In this document: one piece after another, positions 40,022 to 48,292 of the stretch
Layout: each line of letters starts with the position of its first letter
Numbering within the stretch: the stretch's first letter is position 1
Assembly: GCA_964291675.2 (NCBI GenBank)
Contig: OZ219866.1
Coordinates: 384,001 to 448,000, forward strand
Length of the DNA stretch: 64,000 nt
Direction of reading: 5' to 3'
From: Alphaproteobacteria bacterium
GTDB taxonomy: Bacteria > Pseudomonadota > Alphaproteobacteria > MPNO01
Notes under the pieces: generated by a model
Database searches by the model: none
The model's input: the letters and a program-made list of their open reading frames with translations, nothing else
Told to the model about the DNA's origin: nothing
Position numbers and translations under genes: made by a program

Positions 40022-41338
40022 ATGGACACGCTGGCCGCCACCGGGCTCGAATACCAGACCGGCTTCGCCAACGCCTTCGAGAGCGAGGCGATCCCGGGCG
40101 CGCTCCCGATCGGGCGCAACTCGCCCCAGAAGGTGCCGTTCGGGCTCTATGCCGAGCAGCTCAGCGGGACCGCGTTCACCGCGCCGCAGGACTGCAACCG
40201 CCGGAGCTGGCTCTACCGCATCCGGCCCTCGGTGAGCCAGGGGCGCCATGCGCGGATCGACAACGGGCTGCTGCGCTCGGCCCCGGTCGGCGAGGCGCCC
40301 TGCCCGCCCGACCAGATGCGCTGGGACCCGCTGCCCGTGCCCGACGGGGACTGCGACTTCGTCGACGGCCTCGCCACCCTCGTCGCGGCCGGCGACCTCG
40401 CGGCGCAGGCCGGGATGGCGGCGCATGTCTACCGCGCCAACCGGCCGATGGAGGACCGGTTCTTCTGCAACGCCGACGGCGAGATGCTGATCGTCCCGCA
40501 GCAGGGCCGGCTGCTGATCGCCACCGAGCTCGGCGCCCTGCTCGCCGCGCCGGGCGAGATCGCCGTAGTCCAGCGCGGCATCCGCTTCCGGGTCGAGCTT
40601 CCCGACGGGCCGAGCCGGGGCTATGTCTGCGAGAACTACGGCGTCGCGTTCCGCCTGCCCGAGCGCGGGCCGATCGGCGCCAACGGGCTCGCCAACCCGC
40701 GCGATTTCCGCGCCCCCGTCGCGCGCTACGAGGACCGCGAGGGCGATTTCGAGATCGTCTCCAAGTTCTTCGGCAATCTGTGGGCCGCGCCGATCGGCCA
40801 TTCGCCGCTCGACGTCGTCGCCTGGCACGGCAACTACGTCCCCTACAAGTACGACCTCGCATCCTTCAACGCGATCGGGACGGTGAGCTTCGACCACCCC
40901 GACCCGTCGATCTACACCGTGCTGACCTCGCCGTCGGACCTGCCGGGGACGGCGAACGTGGATTTCGTGATCTTCCCGCCGCGCTGGCTGGTGGCCGAGG
41001 ACACGTTCCGCCCGCCCTGGTTCCACCGCAACGCGATGAGCGAGTTCATGGGGCTGGTGGCCGGCCGCTACGACGCCAAGGAGGAGGGCTTCGTGCCGGG
41101 CGGGGCGAGCCTGCACAACGCGATGGCGCCGCACGGGCCGGACGCCGACGCCAACGCCAGGGCGATCGCCGCCGAGCTCGCGCCGCAATACCTCGCCGAC
41201 ACCATGGCCTTCATGTTCGAGACCCGCTATGTCTGCCGGCCGACCGCCTTCGCGCTGGAGACCCCCTCGCGCCAGCGCGACTACCAGGACTGCTGGAACG
41301 GCCTCCCCCGAACCTTCGACCCGGGCCCGGGCGGCTGA
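40022..41338 (+). CDS. hmgA: Homogentisate 1,2-dioxygenase
   Basis: [51 protein letters not shown]. Confidence 0.97.
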   Translation: MDTLAATGLEYQTGFANAFESEAIPGALPIGRNSPQKVPFGLYAEQLSGTAFTAPQDCNRRSWLYRIRPSVSQGRHARIDNGLLRSAPVGEAPCPPDQMRWDPLPVPDGDCDFVDGLATLVAAGDLAAQAGMAAHVYRANRPMEDRFFCNADGEMLIVPQQGRLLIATELGALLAAPGEIAVVQRGIRFRVELPDGPSRGYVCENYGVAFRLPERGPIGANGLANPRDFRAPVARYEDREGDFEIVSKFFGNLWAAPIGHSPLDVVAWHGNYVPYKYDLASFNAIGTVSFDHPDPSIYTVLTSPSDLPGTANVDFVIFPPRWLVAEDTFRPPWFHRNAMSEFMGLVAGRYDAKEEGFVPGGASLHNAMAPHGPDADANARAIAAELAPQYLADTMAFMFETRYVCRPTAFALETPSRQRDYQDCWNGLPRTFDPGPGG

Positions 41339-41359
41339 GGGCGCGTATCGAAGGACGGC
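41339..41359 (+). repeat. Half-copy of the REPIN-like element
   Basis: GGGCGCGTATCGAAGGACGGC is identical to the right end of copy D. Confidence 0.7.
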
Positions 41360-41367
41360 GGACGGCG

Positions 41368-42597
41368 ATGGCCGACAAGACGATACTCGTCGTGGGAACC
41401 TACGACACCAAGTCCCCGGAGCTCGCCTACATGGCCGACCGCATCCGCGCGCTCGGCGGCGGCGTGCTCGCCATGGACATGAGCGTGCTGGGCGATCCCG
41501 ACATCCCGGTCGACTACTCGAAGCACGACGTGGCCCGGGCCGGCGGCGGCTCGATCCGCCAGGCGGTCGATTCCGGCCACGAGAACGCCGCCATGCAGAT
41601 CATGGCCGGCGGCGCATCGGCGCTCGCCGCCGAGCTCCACGGACGGGGAGAATTCGACGGCATCGTGATCCTCGGCGGCACCATGGGGACCGATGCGGCG
41701 CTCGACATCTGCGGGGCGCTGCCGCTGGGCGTGCCCAAATACGTCGTCTCGACGATCTCCTTCTCGCCGCTGATCCCGCCCGGCCGGCTGTCGGCGGACG
41801 TCCAGATGATCCTGTGGGCGGGCGGCCTCTACGGGCTGAATTCGGTCTGCAAGGCGACGCTCAGCCAGGCGGCCGGCGCCGTGCTCGGCGCCGCGCGGGC
41901 CGCCGAGGCGCCGGCGGAGGACCGCCCGGTCGTCGGCATGACCTCGCTGGGCTCGGCCTCGATGAAGTACATGACCGCGCTGAAGCCCGCTTTGGAGGCG
42001 CGCGGCTACGAGGTCGCCATTTTCCACGCGACCGGCATGGGCGGGATGGCGTTCGAGAGCATCGCCTCGCGAGGCGGGTTCTGCTGCGTGATGGATTTCG
42101 CCCTCGTCGAGCTCGGCAATCTGATGATGGGCTCCGTCGTCAAGGCCGGAGAGGACCGCCTGCTGGGCGCGGGCCGCGCCGGGACCCCCCAGATCGTCGC
42201 GCCTGGATACCTCAACCTGGTCCACATCCCGACCTGGCAGGACCCGCCGCCGCAATTCGCCGACCGGCCGTTCCACACCCACAACCGGCTGGTCAAGTCG
42301 GGGCTGCTCGACGCGGCGGAGCGCAGGGCCATCGCCCGCGAGGTCGGCCGGCGGCTCGGGGAGAGCCGGGGGCCCGCGCATTTCATCCTGCCCAGGCGGG
42401 GCATCGTGCAATGGGACCGGCCGGGATACGAGGCGCACGACCCCGAGGGAATGGCGGCCTTCGCCGACGAGCTCCGCAAATCCGTCGCCGCGCCGGTCCG
42501 CATGACCGAGCTCGACTGCCACATCAACGACCCGGAATTTTGCGCCGCGGCGCTGGAGATCTTCGATCGCTGGGTCGCGGACGGCACGATCGGCTGA
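41368..42597 (+). CDS. UPF0261/Tm-1-like ATP-binding domain protein
   Basis: VGTYDTKSPE, GGTMGT, LPLGVPKYVVST, FHATGMGG, HINDPEF. Confidence 0.9.
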   Translation: MADKTILVVGTYDTKSPELAYMADRIRALGGGVLAMDMSVLGDPDIPVDYSKHDVARAGGGSIRQAVDSGHENAAMQIMAGGASALAAELHGRGEFDGIVILGGTMGTDAALDICGALPLGVPKYVVSTISFSPLIPPGRLSADVQMILWAGGLYGLNSVCKATLSQAAGAVLGAARAAEAPAEDRPVVGMTSLGSASMKYMTALKPALEARGYEVAIFHATGMGGMAFESIASRGGFCCVMDFALVELGNLMMGSVVKAGEDRLLGAGRAGTPQIVAPGYLNLVHIPTWQDPPPQFADRPFHTHNRLVKSGLLDAAERRAIAREVGRRLGESRGPAHFILPRRGIVQWDRPGYEAHDPEGMAAFADELRKSVAAPVRMTELDCHINDPEFCAAALEIFDRWVADGTIG

Positions 42598-42647
42598 GGC
42601 GGGAGCCGAGCCGAAGGACGCTGCTGCTCCCCCCATCGTCACCCCCT

Positions 42648-42779
42648 CCGTCATGGCCGGACTCGATCCGGCCATCCACGCGGCGTCTCCACCCGCACGA
42701 CGGTCGGACGGGAGGGGTGGCGGCGCCCGTGAGTGCCCGAAAGAGCCTCGGACTCGCTCCGGAGGCCGGGGATGACGGT
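42648..42779. repeat. Second palindromic repeat family, full doublet
   Basis: CCGTCATGGCCGGACTCGATCCGGCCATCCACG ... degenerate inverted arm ending GGGATGACGG. Confidence 0.7.
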
Positions 42780-42878
42780 GTAGGGCGGGGCCCTATCGAC
42801 GGTCGCGCCGAAAAGCCTTTCGCTCTTCCCCCAAATCCCCGATCTTTGCGCGGATGGTGATGCAGGACGGGAGGTCAG

Positions 42879-42997
42879 GCGCCGGTGTTCGAGGAGCCGA
42901 CGCCTCTCACCGCCTCCGTCCGGCTCGGTCTCGTGCTCGGCCTGGCCTATGGCGCGACTGCCTCCCGGCGCTCGTGCCTTCCGCGACGGCTTGTGCC
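42879..42997 (+). pseudogene. Degenerate duplicate of the yeeE 5' end
   Basis: 42879-42952 matches 44191-44279 (7 mismatches in the 65-nt core plus a 15-nt deletion); VFEEPTPLTASVRLGLVLGLAYG vs FEELTPLAASVLLGLALGLAYG. Confidence 0.88.
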
Positions 42998-43069
42998 CAT
43001 CGGTGCGACGCATAACGTGTTAACGGGACGGCGTGCTAGCCGCCGGCTCAGAGTGATTGGAGCCGAAGT

Positions 43070-43879
43070 ATGAGCCCAGATGGATGGCTCGGACTGCTGG
43101 CGGCCGCTTTGGGAGGCGGCCTTGTCGTCAAGTTCCTGGATATCCTGTACGCGGAGGTTCGGCGCCGTTCGGAGAGCTCGGAGGAGGCCGAGCGGTTCGT
43201 CGACGAGCATCTGGATCCGCTGCTCAAGGCGGCCGACGAGCTGGTGGGCAAGCTCGTGTCTTTGGCTGGCGAGGACTTCACAAGTCTCCGCAACGTGGAT
43301 CCGAATGCCGACCGTATCGACAACAACGACTTCGTGAGCCTGGTTTTCCTCATGGCAACGTTTTGGGCTAACATCGAAATCATTCGCCGCGAAGGACTCT
43401 CCGTATCGATCGTGAAGGACGTTCGCGGCCAAAGACTGCAAAGCTTCTTGAATTGCATCGAGTCTCGCGGGGTGCGGATCGTCGACCGAATTTCGCAACG
43501 CGCAGTCGGGGAGCTGATGCTCGCCAACCGCCAGGACGGCACCTTGGAGTCCCGGTTTTTCGTCGATTTCGTACGCTCGATGGAGACCGATCCAAACGCC
43601 CGCCGTTGGCTGCGGCCCTTGGCTCACGCGCTGTCGCGCACCCGCCATACATCGGAACGCCAGAGACTCTTGAAGTACGGCATCGTCATTCACGCGATGA
43701 TCGACTCGCTCGATCCCGGGTATCAGGTCACGCGACGGCGCCCTTCGTACCCGAACAAGCTGTCCAACAAGTCGTGGCGGGATCTGAAATACCGAGTTTT
43801 CGGCCAATACCTAAAGTTCGTATCGGAACCCGAAAAATATACAGGGCCGCCCAAGAGAAAGCGGCCCCGAAGAGGGTAA
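43070..43879 (+). CDS. Hypothetical protein, one N-terminal TM helix, basic C-terminus
   Basis: 269-aa ORF, GGAG upstream, WLGLLAAALGGGLVVKFLDILY; protein-like composition; no family recognised. Confidence 0.75.
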   Translation: MSPDGWLGLLAAALGGGLVVKFLDILYAEVRRRSESSEEAERFVDEHLDPLLKAADELVGKLVSLAGEDFTSLRNVDPNADRIDNNDFVSLVFLMATFWANIEIIRREGLSVSIVKDVRGQRLQSFLNCIESRGVRIVDRISQRAVGELMLANRQDGTLESRFFVDFVRSMETDPNARRWLRPLAHALSRTRHTSERQRLLKYGIVIHAMIDSLDPGYQVTRRRPSYPNKLSNKSWRDLKYRVFGQYLKFVSEPEKYTGPPKRKRPRRG

Positions 43880-43967
43880 GGCGGCGCGAAGGGACTTTGG
43901 CTCTCTCGCTTGGAGACAACGGAACGTCCGTTGGGCCGCCTCTATTCCGTTGATGTGGGTTCACATC
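43844..43967 (+). ncRNA. Candidate structured RNA (multi-stem)
   Basis: Stems GGGCCGC/GCGGCCC, AGGCGGC/GCCGCCT, TCTC/GAGA, CAACGGA/TCCGTTG, GATGTG/CACATC within 124 nt; strand assumed. Confidence 0.4.
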
Positions 43968-44196
43968 TCAAAGCGGATCTTAGCGCGGAAGCACTCAAGA
44001 GTCCACAGCTATGCGCTCTTCCGCCAAGGGTGCCCCCGTGGAAGATCGTTGCACGGATGGCATTCCCTCCGACAGGAGCGTCTTCGGACGAAAACCCTTT
44101 TCCTTCAGGGATTATTCCTCAATCTTGAAGGTGAAGGCAGCGCTACCATCGTCACGCGCCGCCCCGTGTCACCAATTCTGGGTGGAGCAAGCGCCG

Positions 44197-45219
44197 GTGT
44201 TCGAAGAGTTCGGTTTCGAGGAGCTGACGCCGCTCGCCGCCTCCGTCCTGCTCGGCCTCGCGCTCGGCCTCGCCTATGGGGTGCTGGCGCAGCGGAGCGC
44301 CTTCTGCCTGCGCCGCAGCCTGGTCGGGCGATGGCGCGACTGCCTGCCGGCGCTGGGCGCCTGGGCGATGGCGCTGGCCTGCGCGATCGCCGGCACCAGG
44401 CTCGCCGTGGCGGTCGGGCTGATCTCCTTCGAGGAGCACCGCTTTCTCGCCGCCGACCTGCCGCTCGCCTCGGTGCTCGTGGGCGGCGCGCTGTTCGGCG
44501 CCGGCATGGTGCTGACCGGCGGCTGCGCCTCGCGGCTCGCGGTTCTGGTGGGCACGGGGAATCTGCGGGCGCTGCTGGTGCTGGTCGTCTTCGCGGTGGT
44601 CGCGCTGGCGGCGATGAAGGGTGCGCTCGCGCCGCTCCGCCTCGCGCTCGGCGCCGCGTCCGTCCCGGACGGCGGGGCCTCGCTCGCCGACCTTCCGGGC
44701 GGCGAGATCTGGCCGCTGGCGCTGGCGCTGGCGCTTGCCGTGCTCGCGTTGCGCACCGCCGCGCCGCTCTCCCATCTGGCGATGGCCGGCGCGATCGGGC
44801 TGCTGGTGCCGCTCGGCTGGGTCGGCACCGGGTTCCTGCTGCTCGACGACTTCGATCCCATCCCGCTGCAGTCGATGGGCTTCACCGGGCCGATGGCCGA
44901 CACATTGTTCTGGACGGTGGCGGCGACCTCGATCCCGGCGGGGTTCGGTACCGGGCTGGCCGCGGGCGTCCTCGCCGGCAGCCTGGCGGCGGCGCTGGCG
45001 GCGGGCGAGTTCCGCTGGCAGAGCCTGGAAGGCCCGCGCCAGACCGGGCGCTACCTCGCCGGCGCGGCGATGATGGGGGTGGGCGGCGTGCTGGCCGGCG
45101 GCTGCACGGTCGGCGCCGGCCTCTCCGGCGTCTCGACGGCGAGCCTCGCGGCCCTGCTTGCGCTGGCCGCCATGGCGGGGGCGGCGCGGACCACTGGGGC
45201 GGTGCTGGAGCGGCGGTAG
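44197..45219 (+). CDS. yeeE: YeeE/YedE family sulfur-compound (thiosulfate) transporter
   Basis: QRSAFCLR, GMVLTGGCASR, GVLAGGCTVGAG (three conserved Cys), multiple TM segments; GTG start. Confidence 0.9.
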   Translation: MFEEFGFEELTPLAASVLLGLALGLAYGVLAQRSAFCLRRSLVGRWRDCLPALGAWAMALACAIAGTRLAVAVGLISFEEHRFLAADLPLASVLVGGALFGAGMVLTGGCASRLAVLVGTGNLRALLVLVVFAVVALAAMKGALAPLRLALGAASVPDGGASLADLPGGEIWPLALALALAVLALRTAAPLSHLAMAGAIGLLVPLGWVGTGFLLLDDFDPIPLQSMGFTGPMADTLFWTVAATSIPAGFGTGLAAGVLAGSLAAALAAGEFRWQSLEGPRQTGRYLAGAAMMGVGGVLAGGCTVGAGLSGVSTASLAALLALAAMAGAARTTGAVLERR

Positions 45220-45221
45220 GG

Positions 45222-45327
45222 CGCCCTTCGATACGCGGCTTCGCCGCTACTCAGGAAGAAGTGTCTTTCTGGCCGCCACCACTCCGCCGTCATCCTGAGT
45301 AGGCGCGCAGCGCCGTATCGAAGGACG
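45222..45327. repeat. REPIN-like element, copy B
   Basis: CCTTCGATACGCGGCTTCGCCGCTACTCAGGA ... TCATCCTGAGTAGGCGCGCAGCGCCGTATCGAAGGACG between convergent genes. Confidence 0.9.
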
Positions 45328-45337
45328 CCCCCCGCGA

Positions 45338-46624
45338 TCAGCCGAACATGTCGGCGGCAATCGCGTCGTACCAGCCGAGCGATTCCTGGTAGGTCGCCTT
45401 GCGCAGCTCGGCGCTCTCCCCGGTCTTGGAGATGAAGCCGCTGGTCTTGGCGATCTTGGCGTCGGTCGCCTTGTAGGCGGCGCCCACCTTGACCCCGTCA
45501 TCGGTGCCGATGAGCGACCAGCAGGTGTTGGAGAAGCGCGCCGGGAACACCTTCGAGCCGGCCAGCGCGCCGCGCACCGCCATGGCGCAGACCTTGGCCT
45601 GGCTGTTGGCCGAGAAGCCGGATTTCGGCATGTCGCCCTGCAGCGAGGCATCGCCCAGCACGTGGATGTTGGCGTCGGCCCGGCTCTGCATGGTGTGCGG
45701 CACCACGGGCGCCCAGCCCGACTTGTCGGTGACGCCGGCAATCGCCGCGATGCGCCCAGCCTGCTGCGCCGGGATGACGTTGCAGACATCGACCTTGGTG
45801 ACCTCGCCGTCGACCACGACCTCCATCGCACCCGGCCTGACCTCGACCTTGTCGCCGCCGAAATCGGGGCCGACGCGCTCGATCATGCCGGGGTAGTGGC
45901 GCTGCCAGCCGTCCTCGAACAGCCCCTGCTTGGAGAACTTGGCCTTGGGGTCGACGATCAGGATCTTGGCCGACGGGTTGGACTGCTTGAGCGCATGCGC
46001 CACCATCGAGATCCGCTCATAGGGCCCGGGCGGGCAGCGGAACGGGTTGGGCGGCGCGACCATGCAATAGACCCCGCCCTGCCGCATGGCGGCGACCTGC
46101 GCCTTGAGGAGCTGGGTCTGCGAGCCCGCCTTGTAGGCGTGCGGCATGCGGTTCTGCTGCGACACGTCCCAGCCCGGGACCGCGCCCGGCTTGAAGTCGA
46201 TGCCGGGCGACAGCACCAGGCGGTCATAGGCGAGGCTGCCGCCGCCGGCGAGCCCGACGGTCCGCTTGCCGCGGTCGACGGCGACCGCCCAGTCGTGCAC
46301 CACGTTGACGCCGTGATTGGCGGCGAGGGCGCCATAGGTGTGGCCGATCGAGGCGAAGTCGCGGAAGCCGCCGAGATAGAGATTGGAGAAGAAGCAGCTG
46401 TAATAGGCGCGGCTCGGATCGACCAGGGTCACGTCGAGCGCGCCCTTGGAATCCTTGGCGATGTAGCGCGCCGCCGTGGCGCCGCCCGCGCCGCCGCCGA
46501 CGACCACGACGCGCGGCCGCGCCTGGCCCAGCACCGCGGGCGCGGCGAGCGCCGTCGAGGTGGCGGCCGTCGCTGCGAGGAACCGCCGCCGGTTCAGCCC
46601 GCCTCTGTCATTCCGTTCCGTCAT
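45338..46624 (-). CDS. soxF: Flavocytochrome c sulfide dehydrogenase flavoprotein (SoxF/FccB)
   Basis: Tat motif NRRRFL, GGGAGG, CFFSN, FRCPPGPYER, MPKSGFSANSQAK, NTCWS. Confidence 0.92.
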   Translation of the reverse strand: MTERNDRGGLNRRRFLAATAATSTALAAPAVLGQARPRVVVVGGGAGGATAARYIAKDSKGALDVTLVDPSRAYYSCFFSNLYLGGFRDFASIGHTYGALAANHGVNVVHDWAVAVDRGKRTVGLAGGGSLAYDRLVLSPGIDFKPGAVPGWDVSQQNRMPHAYKAGSQTQLLKAQVAAMRQGGVYCMVAPPNPFRCPPGPYERISMVAHALKQSNPSAKILIVDPKAKFSKQGLFEDGWQRHYPGMIERVGPDFGGDKVEVRPGAMEVVVDGEVTKVDVCNVIPAQQAGRIAAIAGVTDKSGWAPVVPHTMQSRADANIHVLGDASLQGDMPKSGFSANSQAKVCAMAVRGALAGSKVFPARFSNTCWSLIGTDDGVKVGAAYKATDAKIAKTSGFISKTGESAELRKATYQESLGWYDAIAADMFG

Positions 46625-46641
46625 CACGCTTCCCCCTCGTT

Positions 46642-47397
46642 TCACGGGCCGTCCTCGGCCCGGTGGAAATGCGCGGCCAAGGCGGCGATCTCCTCGTCCG
46701 ACAGGCGCCCGGCCACCAGCTGCATGGCGGGATGCACCCGCTTGCCGCGCTTGTAGGCGTGCAAGGCTATCACGAACTCGTCATGCGGCCAGCCCGTTAT
46801 CGAGGGAATGCCCGCCTCGCCCCCGCCCGGGCGGTGGCAGGTGGTGCATTCGCCGGCCAGATAGGCGCCGTATTCGGGGTCGCCCTCGACGGTCAGCAGC
46901 CTGGGGTCGAGACCGTACTCCTCGACCGTCACCGTGGGCTCGGCCGGCGGAAGATCGGTCCGGGCGCCGGAGAACCCGCGCAGCCAGGCCAGCAGCGCCG
47001 CCCGGTCGCCGGCGCGCTTCATGCCCTTGAAGCTCATGCGCGAGCGCGCCACGAGGGCGCGCGGCCGGGCGATGAAGGCGTCCAGCGTGGCCGCGGTCCA
47101 GACCAGCCCGCCGGCGCCGGCCGTCCGCATCGCCTTCGAGTAGCGGTAATCGGCGAGCGAGCCCGCCTCGCGGCCGAACAGGTCGTTGAGATGCGGCCCG
47201 ATCCGGTGTTTCGCGCCGCCGCCCACCTGGTGGCAGCGCTTGCACGCGCCGTAGAGCGCCTTGCCACGCGCCTCGTCGGCGCCCGGGGCGGAGGGGAGGA
47301 GAAGCGCCGCGGCGAGGAGGGCAGCCGTCCAGCCGCGGCCCCGCCCGGGCGACCTAGCCGACGGCGATCCGCCGCTCGAGGCCGTAGACCGAGCCAT
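46642..47397 (-). CDS. soxE: Diheme c-type cytochrome (SoxE-like)
   Basis: CKRCH with IGPHLNDLFGR (c2-like) and CTTCH; lies between soxZ and soxF; start uncertain (in-frame ATG overlaps soxZ). Confidence 0.8.
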   Translation of the reverse strand: MARSTASSGGSPSARSPGRGRGWTAALLAAALLLPSAPGADEARGKALYGACKRCHQVGGGAKHRIGPHLNDLFGREAGSLADYRYSKAMRTAGAGGLVWTAATLDAFIARPRALVARSRMSFKGMKRAGDRAALLAWLRGFSGARTDLPPAEPTVTVEEYGLDPRLLTVEGDPEYGAYLAGECTTCHRPGGGEAGIPSITGWPHDEFVIALHAYKRGKRVHPAMQLVAGRLSDEEIAALAAHFHRAEDGP

Positions 47398-47680
47398 CGT
47401 CGTCGACCCATTCGAAGGCGAGCAGGCCCGGCCCGGGCACCGCCATCGCGAACTGGATGTAGGGGTTGGCCGAGACCGCCGGCTCAAGGTCGACCGACAG
47501 CACCTCCTCGCCCTCGAAGCGGACCCGGAAGCGGTTGACGATGCGGCGCGGCACCAGCTTGCCCGCGCGGTCGCGCCGGAGCCCGGTATGCATGGGATGG
47601 ACGATCCGGGTTTTTACCGTGAACGGGACGCCCGCCTTTATCGATCTCGGCAGCTTTATGCGCGGCCTGGGCTTCGCCAT
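47354..47680 (-). CDS. soxZ: Sulfur carrier partner SoxZ
   Basis: HPMHTGLRRD, PRRIVNRF, AVSANPYIQF, WVDDDG. Confidence 0.92.
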   Translation of the reverse strand: MAKPRPRIKLPRSIKAGVPFTVKTRIVHPMHTGLRRDRAGKLVPRRIVNRFRVRFEGEEVLSVDLEPAVSANPYIQFAMAVPGPGLLAFEWVDDDGSVYGLERRIAVG

Positions 47681-47690
47681 CGTCCGGTCC

Positions 47691-48104
47691 TCAGCCGCAG
47701 CCGCCGACGGTCACGGCGACGCGCCTCGTCGCCTGGCGGAACGTGCCGTCTGCCATCTCGGCGATTGCGATCACCTTCTGGCTGCGGGCGAGCCGGATGC
47801 GGATCGTCGCTTGCGGCGGCGCCAGGGGGCCGAAGGCGAACACCGCGACCCCGGGATAGGGGTTGGCTTGCGCGAACAGCGCGATGCGCCTCGCCCCGTC
47901 GGCGGCCACCCGCACCGGCACCGCGCCGCCGTTGTCGGCGATCTCCGGCACGTCGAGAACCACCCCGCCGTCGGCCGGCTGCGCGCCGCCGGTGAAGCGG
48001 GCGATGGCGTCCTCGAACCCGTTCGACGCCGCCGCCCCGGCGGCCGGCAGCAGCAGCGCCGCCGCGGCGCCCGATCTCAGCACGTCCCTGCGTGTCGGAG
48101 CCAT
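47691..48104 (-). CDS. soxY: Sulfur carrier protein SoxY
   Basis: Tat motif TRRDVL, PEIADNGGAVPV, RIRLA, C-terminal VTVGGCG. Confidence 0.93.
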   Translation of the reverse strand: MAPTRRDVLRSGAAAALLLPAAGAAASNGFEDAIARFTGGAQPADGGVVLDVPEIADNGGAVPVRVAADGARRIALFAQANPYPGVAVFAFGPLAPPQATIRIRLARSQKVIAIAEMADGTFRQATRRVAVTVGGCG

Positions 48105-48230
48105 GTTGCAGCATATGGGTTGCGGCGGCGGCGCGGGTCAAGCCGGTTTGGCGGGCGATCTTCACCCGGCGTCTCAACCAGGCCGCCGTCCGGTCCCCCG
48201 GGGACGGGAATCCTTGCCGTTTCGGGCTAA

Positions 48231-48246
48231 TGTTTCACGTGAAACT
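48231..48246. promoter_or_regulatory. parS site (ParB binding), 15/16 match
   Basis: TGTTTCACGTGAAACT. Confidence 0.85.
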
Positions 48247-48267
48247 TAGGTCAACAATGCTGACCAT

Positions 48268-48283
48268 TGTTTCACGTGAAACA
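48268..48283. promoter_or_regulatory. parS site (ParB binding), perfect palindrome
   Basis: TGTTTCACGTGAAACA, the canonical chromosomal parS consensus. Confidence 0.9.
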
Positions 48284-48292
48284 TTAGGCCGG

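Larger units (their letters stand above)
42998..44190. mobile_element. Small lower-GC horizontally acquired islet (no integrase present)
   Basis: Visibly more A/T and atypical codon usage; bounded by the direct repeat of the yeeE 5' end. Confidence 0.6.

Noticed and set aside
43844-44160. An intact retron or functional RT system in this window
   Set aside because: No RT open reading frame or YADD motif exists here; at most a remnant, reported only as a hypothesis
44011-44196. N-terminal extension of YeeE from ATG 44011
   Set aside because: The extension is islet-derived lower-GC sequence; the duplicated fragment at 42885 marks GTG 44197 as the real start
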